DNA of 62,271 bases, counting the filler, from Nemertoderma westbladi (lineage: Eukaryota > Animalia > Xenacoelomorpha): assembly GCA_032718475.1 (NCBI GenBank). It is 3 parts of 3 records of this genome, joined end to end, with 100 filler letters (N's around TTAATTAATTAA, not from the genome) between each part and the next. Parts side by side here need not be neighbours in the genome. Positions count along the whole stretch, not along the records: positions 20,468 to 46,586 come from JAUCBJ010003257.1; positions 46,687 to 62,271 come from JAUCBJ010006697.1; 1 more part is not named here. The stretch is one strand, 5' to 3'. How positions within the stretch are numbered: position 1 is the stretch's first letter; every line of letters begins with the position of its first letter. Below, in pieces: positions 39,438-49,154 of this stretch. The position numbers and the translations under genes are program-made. The notes below the pieces were generated by a model that was not told the DNA's origin, made no database searches, and worked only from the letters and a program-made list of their open reading frames with translations.

Positions 39438-40175
39438 TCAGCATTGATTCGAGCAGTACTTGAAAGCGCGATTCATCGCGAGACGAATATGGTTGCTAAC
39501 ACGGGTAGGAGGGGCCGCTTTGCTTTTATTCCAACGCCGCAACTTAGAATTAGCTAAGTGAGAGGGTTGGCTGGCCCTTCTCGGAGTGTAGGTCGTGGTC
39601 GGCAGCTTCGGGAGGTGAGCGGCTACCAGCGACTTCTTAGCGGCGGCTGGCACCGCGGGAAGGTTGGACGACTTATTGCCGGGTTTACGTCGTCGTCTAC
39701 CGCCAACGAACGGAGCCATAGCGCTACCCTGGTAGACCCCGGAGCCCTGGTAGACGCTCATACTCGGATGCTCTATGAGGAGGTTCTCTATCAGACTAGT
39801 GGTGGTCTCAACGGAATCACGACTGTTGAAGCAGGGCGGCGGGGTGACCAACCAGGTTCCGTCGACCAACCCCATCTCTGAGGTGGACGACTGACGGGAC
39901 CGGGTTCCCCCAGTAAGGACCCCCCCATCCAGGGACCGGGTTCCCCCAGTAAGGACCCCCCCATCCAGGGATCGTGCACCCCCGGTGAGGACCCCCCCAT
40001 CCAGGGACCGACAGCCCTCCTCACCTCCCACATCGATTGCCCGCTTCGCGACCACCACCAGTGACCAGTTACCTTCCTCCTCCTGGATACTCAGTTCAGG
40101 AAGTTCTTCCTCTGATTGTTTCTCGGCGGTTGTTCCACGTAGGTAACTCGATACAACGGCTGCGAACGTATCCAT
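39438..40175 (-). CDS. DOR: TP53INP1/TP53INP2 (DOR) family autophagy and nuclear cofactor
   Basis: Family signature WLVTPPPCF...TSLIENLLIEHPSMSVY, acidic LIR-like motif EEEGNWSLV, basic C-terminal tracts. Splice acceptor tttacag 17 nt upstream of the ATG. Long AT-rich downstream region consistent with a 3' UTR. Confidence 0.88.
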   Translation of the reverse strand: MDTFAAVVSSYLRGTTAEKQSEEELPELSIQEEEGNWSLVVVAKRAIDVGGEEGCRSLDGGVLTGGARSLDGGVLTGGTRSLDGGVLTGGTRSRQSSTSEMGLVDGTWLVTPPPCFNSRDSVETTTSLIENLLIEHPSMSVYQGSGVYQGSAMAPFVGGRRRRKPGNKSSNLPAVPAAAKKSLVAAHLPKLPTTTYTPRRASQPSHLANSKLRRWNKSKAAPPTRVSNHIRLAMNRAFKYCSNQC

Positions 40176-41285
40176 CGCGAGTAAGGTATCGACTGTAAAC
40201 TGATGAGATGATGCGATAAAGAAATTATCTTATCTTTCCTCCAGTCCTCCACTGACAGACTGATGTAGGCTAATACAGCTAATACGGCTAATACATATAT
40301 GTATTGACAGATTGAAGCGAAGATAAATTCACAATTGACAACCTAGACTGCTAGTCGATAGGCCTATACCTGTATACTGCTAGACCAGAATACGATCTAC
40401 CTTAACTTAATTATACTAATTAAAAGAAAGTCAATGAAAGCATGTTATCATGTTCTTGACTTGAGTTAAATTTCGTTTATTGCTATGATCTGTTGGTTCC
40501 CCCAACGTCAGCCTCAAGAGTTAAAGTGTTCTCCATACTGCCATAACCAGATAGCAGGCCTAACCTCTACAAACAAATTCACTGCACAAACTTGAAAATT
40601 AATAAAAATTTAGGCCTAGTATTTCATATTTTGTATTGAAAGCTTCTGACTGGCTGTAGGGCCTATTGCATTTGCATTTGTAGCAATAAAAATGTAGCAT
40701 TGTAGCTGTATGTACCCGAAATGTGACTATACCACAGTCTGACAGTACCAAGAGCAGAAGAGTTATGGCAATATGGCAACGGCATGTATCTGTGTATGAA
40801 GTTCTAACCACTAAAATCAGAACATACAGACAGGATGCAGGACACCGATGCAACCTCAGCTGGGAAGGGCAGGCTGAGAAGTGCACAGGTGCAGTAACAG
40901 AGTACACCCGTGAAAGGTAACCTTGCTTGGTTCAGTGCAGCAGTGGTCGGCAGGTTGGCGTTGGCTGTTGGCTGCTGGAACCGCGGTCGCGCGGTCTGCA
41001 GTCTGTCAGTCTGTTGCTTATCCAGTTATCACTGTATCAGACTATCCAGCTATCAGCTGATCAGTATCAGACAATTACTGTTGAAACTAAGTAGAGCTAG
41101 AGACACTCCATAATTCAGCCCAGCGCTGCTGTACATACTGTACCGTTCAACAGTTCCTTACAACGTTAATTAATTAATGCAGTAATGTACCGGTCAGCCG
41201 GTACCGGTACTCTGGTACTTCGCTATGCAGTATTCTAAGCAGCTAAGATAACAACAGTAACTCAGCAACCAGGCAACTGAAACTA

Positions 41286-41446
41286 TGTTTGTTTACAGAC
41301 ACAGCTGATTAATGACGCAACTTTGAAATCAGCTGATCTTATCTGTAAGAATCAACCAGCAATTATTGCCAACACGGGCCAGGGATATTGAATGAGGGAA
41401 TGCGGTGGATAAGAAATTAGTTTCTAAGCAAATTAAACGGACCAAT
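41286..41446 (-). promoter_or_regulatory. Possible DOR promoter elements
   Basis: TTGTTTAC (FOXO consensus, 41289-41296), TGACGCAA (CRE/CEBP-like, ~41313-41320), CAGCTG E-boxes and CCAAT (~41442), upstream of a GC-richer putative first exon (~40920-41130). Confidence 0.3.
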
Positions 41447-41806
41447 GAAATTTGTTGTTAAACAAATATAATACATTAAACATTGGTACCTACATAGGTA
41501 CAGTAAGAACTGTAAGGCCTACAATAAATATTAGCACACGGATTTGCGAATATTAGCGAGTATTTCAAAATATCGGCAAGTCGAAAATTCGACTTGACAC
41601 ATTACACACTATTAAGAAAACTCTACTAGCTCCCATGAAGGTATACTGTAGTCGACCTTTGGAGGGATGTAAATTCGTGGCAACGGATTTAACCACTACG
41701 CCAAGGTGTGAGCTAAGAAATAGCGGCGCGCAGCACTGCTATATCAGTATCTGAAAACAGTTATTAGGATTGTTGTGTGATACGACGCATTTCCTATGCT
41801 ATCCAG

Positions 41807-43998
41807 TCGGACAGTGGAACCATGTCGAGCGAGCTCGAACCATGTCGAGCGAGCTATGAAAATGGAACCATGTCGAGCGAGCTCTGTCAATGGGACCATG
41901 TCGAGCGAGCCGGGTCAGTCGAACCATGTCGAGCTAGCTCGGATAGTGGAACCATGTCGAGCGAGGTCGGACAATGGAACCATGTCTAGCGAGCTCGGAC
42001 AATGGAATCATGTTGAGCGAGCTCGGTCAGTCGAACCATGCCGAGCTAGCTCGGATAGTGGAACCATGTCGAGCAGTTCGAACAGTGGAATCATGTCGAG
42101 CGAGCTCGAACAGATGAACCATATCGAGCGAGGTCGGACAATGGAACCATGTCGAGCGAGCTCGAACAATGGAACCATGTCGAGCGAGCTCGGACAATGG
42201 AACCATGTCGAGCGAGCTCGGACAATGGAACTATGTCGAGCGAGCTCGGACATAGGAACCATGTCGAGCGAGGTCGGTAAATGGAACCATGTCAAGCGAG
42301 CTCGAACAATGGAACCATGTCGCGAAATTAGGTGGGACAGTGGAACCATGTCGAGCGAATTCGGACAATGGAACCATGACGAGCGAGCTCGGACAGTCGA
42401 ACCATGTCGAGCGAGATCGGACAGTTGAACCATGTACGAGAAATGTTTGTCGGACAGTGGAACCATATCGAGCGAGATCGGGCAATGGAACCATATCGAG
42501 CGAGCTCGGAAATTGGAACCATGTCGAGCGAGTTCGGAAAATGGAACCATGTCGAGCGAGCTCGGACAATGGAACCATTCGAACGAGCTCGGACAGTGGA
42601 ACCATGTCGAGCGAGTTCGGACAATGGAACCATTGGAACGAGCACGGACAGTGGAACCATGTCGAGCGAGCTCGGACAATGGAACCGTGTCGAGCGAGCT
42701 CGGACAATGGAACCGTGTCGAGTGAGCTCGGACAATGGAACCATTCGAGCGAGCTCGGACAGTGGAACCATGTCGAGCGAGCTCGGACAATGGAACCATG
42801 TCGAGCGAGCTCGGAAAATGGAACCATGTCGAACGAGCTCGGACAATGGAACCATGTCAAGCGAGCTCGGACAATGGAACCATGTCGAGCGAACTCGGAA
42901 AATGGAACCGTGTCGAGCGAACTCGGAAAATGGAACCGTGTCGAACGAGCTCTGACAATGGAACCATGTCGAGCGAGGTCGTACATTGGAACCATGTCGA
43001 GCGAGCTCGGACAATGGAACCATGTCGAGCGAGCTCGGACAATGGAACCATTCGAACGAGCTCGGACAATGGAACCATGTCGAGCGAGCTTGGACAACGG
43101 AACCATGTCGAGCGAGCTCGGACAATGGAACCATGTCGAGCGAGCTCGGACAATGGAACCATGTCGAGCGAGCTCGGACAACGGAACCATTCGAGCGAGC
43201 TCGGACAGTGGAACCATGTCAAGCGAGCTCGGACAATGGAACCATGTCGAGCGAGCTCGAACAATGGAACCATGTCGAGCGAGCTCGGACAATGGAACCA
43301 TGTCGAGCGAGCTTGGACAACGGAACCATGTCGAGCGAGCTCGGACAATGGAACCATGTCGAACGAGCGCGGACAATGGAACCACGTCGAGCGAGCTCGG
43401 ACAATGGAACCATGTCGAACGAGCTCGGACAATGGAACCATGTCGAGCGAGCTCGGACAATGGAACCATGTCGAGCGAACTCGGAAAATGGAACCGTGTC
43501 GAGCGAACTCGGAAAATGGAACCGTGTCGAACGAGCTCGGACAATGGAACCATGTCGAGTGAGCTCGAATATTGGAACCATGTCGAGCGAGCTCGAACAA
43601 TGGAACCATGTCGAGCGAGCTCGGACAATGGAACCATGTCGAGCGAGCTTGGACAACGGAACCATGTCGAGCGAGCTCGGACAATGGAACCATGTCGAGT
43701 GAGCTCGGACAATGGAACCATGTCGAGCGAGCTTGGACAACGGTACCATGTCGAGCGAGCTCGGACAATGGAACCATGTCGAGCGAGCTTGGACAACGGG
43801 ACCATGTCGAGCGAGCTCGGACAATGGAACCATGTCGAGTGAGCTCGGACAATGGAACCATTCGAACGAGCTCGGACAATGGAACCAAGTCGAGTGAGCT
43901 CGAATATTGGAACCATGTCGAGCGAACTCGTACAGTGGAACCATGTCGAGCGAGGTCGGACAGTGGAACCATGTCGAGCGAGGTCGGACAGAGGAACA
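41807..43998. repeat. 28-bp GC-rich satellite, ~78 copies
   Basis: Unit GGACAATGGAACCATGTCGAGCGAGCTC. The 28-aa periodic ORFs equal three units. Confidence 0.97.
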
Positions 43999-44741
43999 AT
44001 GTATAAGGCTATATATGTACCAAGTTTAATACCCTTCAAACATGTCTGACAGACAGAAAAGATTGAAATGGGTGCTAGCCCGTATGCTAAATTTGCTTAC
44101 TTACTTCGTGGCACGCCCCACAGCGGTACCCATAACCTAAGCTAGCTTACTACTACTACTAGGATCGGCATGCTGCATTGCAGCTGCATTTTTAAGAATG
44201 CTGTGCCGGCTTGTCAACAAAATTGCACCGCCACAACTCCCTATCACCCATGACATTTGCTAGATCATCCGCATCTTTAATACCAGTGTTCTTTAAGATG
44301 CGTCTCAAGAAAGTCATGGGCTGTCCACCATGCTTATTCACTCCATGAGGCTGCCAAAATACATGATTATGCACTGGCTGGTCCTCACGGCGAAAGCAAT
44401 GTCCTGCAAAGCGGAGACGATTTTGTTCTAGTGTCAAGCTTGGGGGAACCAATGAGACACCTCCAATGTTATATAGTGTCTGGTTGGAGATGTGTGCATT
44501 GTACTTGACACAATGAACCCGGCGTAGCATTCTTGTGAATGTGCCATCCAGAGATTTATTATAGGAAGGGATCTTGGGGTCTTAACCTCGAATGATAAGT
44601 TTATTTTACCGAAAATAACTTATCTTTTATTGGCGCAATTGTAGGACTAATCCCATCACATGCGTACTTTTTAACCGGGTAGTGTACAAATTTAGGAATC
44701 GCGTAATTTTTTCTTGAAATTAATATCTCATATCTCTCCAA

Positions 44742-44784
44742 ACCACGTACGCGTTTCGACCTTACTGGGTCTCATCAGCGTGGT
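44742..44784 (-). ncRNA. Intact minimal type I hammerhead ribozyme (family 1)
   Basis: ACCACG-CUGAUGA-GACC-CAGUAA-GGUC-GAAA-CGCG-UA^CGUGGU: 6-bp stem I, 4-bp stem II, full core, palindromic minimal stem III, GUA site. Confidence 0.9.
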
Positions 44785-44846
44785 GTCGGATTCGAACTTG
44801 GGACCTCGAGGTGGAAGCCGAGACTACAACCACTAGGCCACAGGTT
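44785..44846 (-). promoter_or_regulatory. tRNA-derived (Gly-TCC-like) internal Pol III promoter
   Basis: A box TGGCCTAGTGG (44830-44840), loop CTTCCAC, B box GTTCGAATCC (44788-44797). Acceptor stem does not pair, so it is not a functional tRNA. Confidence 0.75.
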
Positions 44847-46586
44847 CTTGAGATATGGAGTATTAATTTCAAAGCCAGCTGCCATTTTATTAGCCCCTGA
44901 TTTTTTATTATTGATAGTAACAATGTGTTGGCAAGCTGTATTTTTCGAGGTGTTTGTTATTATACATTTATTATAGGAAGGGATCTTGGGGTCTTAACCT
45001 CGAATGATAAGTTTATTTTACCGAAAATAACTTATCTTTTATTGGCGCAATTGTAGGACTAATCCCATCACATGCGTACTTTTTAACCGGGTAGTGTACA
45101 AATTTAGGAATCGCGTAATGTTTATTGAAATTAATATCTTATATCTCTCCAAACCACGCACGCGTTTCGAACTTACTGGGTCTCTTCAGCAAGGGTGGTG
45201 TAGGATTCGAACCTGAGACCTCGAGGTGGAAGCCAAGACAACAACCAGTCTAGAGGTTAAGACCCTTAGATCCCTTCCTATAAATAACAAACACCTCGAA
45301 AAACACAGCTTGCCAACACATTGTTACTATCATTAGCAACTAACAGACAACATGTAGCTATTGCAACATGTAGCATTGAAACATGTGGCAACATATAGCA
45401 TTGAAAAGGTAAAGTAGGATTATTGGAAACGAGTGAACTAATTTATCATAATCACTGCAGATGACAGCGGCAGCGCTAGTGAGACTGATGGAGATTAATT
45501 AATTGTTGGTCGATCCGATTAGGCAATAATACAGTTATATCTAACTTTATCTGTTCTTATTATATTAAATCCCACCAATAATTAAAAAGTACTTCCAACC
45601 ACAATGGCTGTCTGTTACGACAAATGTAATAAGTTTCCAATAGGAAACATTAACAAGACATATTTGATGAAATTTTATGACATCTTACTAAACATTATTA
45701 CGATTCCAATAATAATTCCTGAAAAAACAACGATTTTGATACATTTTAGACGGACCGGTAATTATTGCAATGCCGCTATATACTGTACCTCTAAACCCTC
45801 ACATTTTTGAAATCAGCAATAAAGCAGCCCGTCAATAACCCTCAATACAACATACTGTTGTTCAATGGCCAGTTTGCCAATAACCCTCAATACAACATAC
45901 TGTTGTTCAATGGCCAGCCCGCCAATAACCCTCAATACAACATACTGTTGTTCAATGGCCAGCCCGCCAATAAAAGATAAGTTATTTTCGGTAAAATAAA
46001 CTTATCATTCGAGGTTAAAGACCACTAGATCCCTTGCTATAATAAAAATATAATAACAAACACCTCGAAAAATACAGCTTGCCAATACATTTTTACTATC
46101 CAGAGATTTGGTGTCCTCAGCAGTTAGAGCCCAGCATGGACTCCCGTAGAGGAGTACTGGAACTACTGCTGCTCTAAATAATTGGACCTTAAGTTTCCGA
46201 TTAATTCTCGGTGACTTCCAAATCATGGAAAGCCTATTCAAGGCTGCTCATGCCTTTCCCTTACGTATTCGAAGGTCCTCACCTGACTTCCGGATCCATG
46301 ATCCCAGGTAACAGAAGTCGTCCACATGCTCAAGCATACCATCCTTTGAGCTTATGCTCATCCGATCAGAGACTTGCTGAGGACTTTCAAAGTTAACTGT
46401 CAGAATTTTGGTCTTTCTGGAGTTAATAAAAAGACCAACACTAGAAGCAGCATGTTCTAATGAGCTGAGGAGCCGTTGGGCTCCCTCTAATGATTCTGAG
46501 AGTACTCCCAAGTCATCAGCAAAGTCTAGATCAGTTAGGTACTTGGCAGGATTTCCTCGACTTCTGGAGCCAGTAGGTGGAGTTAT

Positions 46587-46686
46587 NNNNNNNNNNNNNN
46601 NNNNNNNNNNNNNNNNNNNNNNNNNNNNNNTTAATTAATTAANNNNNNNNNNNNNNNNNNNNNNNNNNNNNNNNNNNNNNNNNNNN
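46587..46686. other. Artificial assembly gap with six-frame stop linker
   Basis: 44 N + TTAATTAATTAA + 44 N. Confidence 0.97.
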
Positions 46687-49154
46687 TACCTTCGGTATAT
46701 CAAGAATATTGGGTTGCGGGGTTATTTATCGTTATTCCAAATATAATAATTCATCAACCATATTATGAAGAACTGACAGTAAATAGCAGTATAAAACAAC
46801 AACTGAACACTGATTGTTACGAGTTTGCAATGTTTCAGCAGTCAGGATGTATGATCAGTTAGCAGTAGTCTTTAGGTATGCCGTTATGTCAGCAGTTAAA
46901 GGATATATGCCCTTTATAATTAAACCTACTAGTATACGACTAAAAAACAGTAAGGCACAAAATACTTCCAAGCCGTTCTTTCTTAGGCTCAGGACTGAAT
47001 GTAAACACTACACATAGGCATTGCGTCATTTCTCGGAAATTTTCTGTACAAGGAGCCACAAAAACGCTCTCATTGGCTGACTGAACTGAGAGACGCCGTA
47101 GAACAAAGGAAATCAACACGTATGAATGTCAGCTGTTAACCGTAGTCATAGTAACTACTGTTCAAGAGTAGCTATCACCCTTTTGCGTCACGAATTGCCA
47201 TAGAATCATAAAATATGCCTTTCACAGTACACATACGGAGGAAATAGGTCTTAGATCCTCTAAAAACACCGATACAGCAATAATACGGTCTCTTACACTT
47301 ATTAAATCAACTACAGAGTATTTTAATGTAAAAGATAATAAAAATAACGGGGCAATTCAGCAAAGGCTTTTACAAAATCGTTAGAGCTCTTATTTGCTCT
47401 AGGTCAGTAGTCAGTTAGTAACCAGTAGTCAGTAGCATTTTTTTCTTCTTACAGTATAATAATCAAGTCTTACGACTAGCTAATTACGATTCAATGACAA
47501 TACCAGAACCGGCCTATGGTTGTCCAGAGTATGGCCGAATTGACTATACTACTGGGCATACTAATATAATCGGCATGAAGCATTGAAGCTGCACATTGAA
47601 ATGCTATGCTGGCTTAACAAAAATATTTTGTCACCACCATGATGTCCATAATTGGCAAGCCCAATGCAGAGTGCATTAATATGCTATTCCGGCTTAACAA
47701 AGTTGCACCGCCACAACTCCCTAACCCCTCATGTCTTTCGCGAGACTATATATTTTCAAGGCCAGTAATCCAGTATCCTTTAAGAGGCGTCTCACAAACG
47801 TCATGGGCTGTCCACCAAGCTTATTTTCTCCATGGGGCTGCCAAACTACAAGATTATGCACAGGCTGGTCCTCACGGCATAAACAATGTCCTGCAAAGCG
47901 GAGGCGATTTTGTTCTAGTGTCAAGCTTGGGGGAACCAATGAGACACCTCCAATGTTATATAGTGTCTGGTTGGAGATGTGTGCATTGTACTTGACACAA
48001 TAAACCCGGCGTAGCATTCTTGTGAATGTGTCATCCAGAGATTTGGTGTCCTCAGCAGTTAGAGCCCAGCATGGACTCCCGTAGAGGAGTACTGGAACTA
48101 CTGCTGCTCTAAATAATCGGACCTTAAGTTTTCGATTAATTCTCGGTGACTTCCAAATCCTGTCATTGCCTGATAACTTTATAGAAGTAAAAGTGTCTGA
48201 GTCTGTACTCCCAGATATTCCCATTGGTGATATCTCCTTTGCAGAAGTGAAGGCTGCTGCAAAGAGCATTAAGACCAATCGTGCCAGTGGAGTAGATGGT
48301 GTTCCCCCTGAGGTCTTTAAAATACCTGAGTGTTTAAAGCTCATCTATCCCATCATAGTAGACATGTACCGTACAACGAGAGTCCCACAAGAAATGAAAA
48401 CAAATAAGTTGGTGCCAGTTCCCAAGAAGGGCAACCTAACACTCTATGGTTCTTTTCGGGGAATCTCATTAATCTCGATTGCTGCAAAGCTATACAATAG
48501 GATTCTATTAAATCGCATCAGAGATCCCATTGAGAGACTGCTCCGTTGAAATCAGAATGGGTTCCGTAAAGGTCGTGGGACCATGGAGCCCATTTTGGCA
48601 CTTAGAAGGATAATTGAAGAGTTATCAAAAAAGAAAGACAGGCATCTATTATTATTATTATTATTATTAAACACGGTGAAATATTATAAAAATGTTAACA
48701 CCGGAGAAAAACAACAAGGTACACTTACGGTAAAACCAAGTACACTAATAGTTGAATTGAAATCAGAAAAACACGAATAAATAAAATTGTGACCAATGCA
48801 TCTTAAGAAAATAAAAACGGACAGTACTTACTAAAGAGTGAAATCAAGCGGAAATTTAAACGGAAATGAAGTAAAAATATTGAAATTATGTATGTAAATA
48901 CTATAAACAGTACATTAGAGCAGCATATTATTAAAAATTTACAAATCTTATAAAAACGTAACAATATGCCATATTAAATTAAAAACGTATACATGAGTTC
49001 CAAGTAGTACAGTAGAACAAATGACATTATTACAAATATAGATATAGAAGGCAGATAACAATTAATAGTATGTAGAAATTATAATAGATATGATAAAAAC
49101 ATAAAGTAGAACAGATAAAAACATATATTATATTTACAGATAAAATTACAATAA

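Larger units (their letters stand above)
44558..46097. mobile_element. Composite insertion: tandem ~412-bp tRNA-hammerhead units, copied flank and inverted terminal segment
   Basis: TSD up to 12 bp ATCCAGAGATTT (44546-44557 / 46098-46109). Unit period 412 (ATAGGAAGGG at 44561 and 44973). ~45075-45973 matches ~35525-36422. 45965-46100 is inverted. Confidence 0.88.
44148..46586 (-). mobile_element. RTE LINE split by the tRNA-hammerhead composite insertion (44148-44557 and 46098-46586; runs into the gap)
   Basis: The two halves join at ATCCAGAGATTT to give the sequence seen uninterrupted at 33621-33650. DLDFADD at ~46510-46532. Confidence 0.92.

Noticed and set aside
41777-44049. Long ORFs (up to 602 aa) on both strands
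   Set aside because: By-product of a stop-free 28-bp satellite; all frames give the same periodic peptide.
44785-44846. Functional tRNA-Gly gene
   Set aside because: Acceptor and T stems do not pair and the 3' side is replaced by the ribozyme stem. tRNA-like scraps at ~29295-29328 and ~36990-37020 are also only SINE-like fragments.
47700-48647. RTE 5' inversion by twin priming at 48162
   Set aside because: The minus-strand copy resumes at 53731, so this is a nested second insertion.
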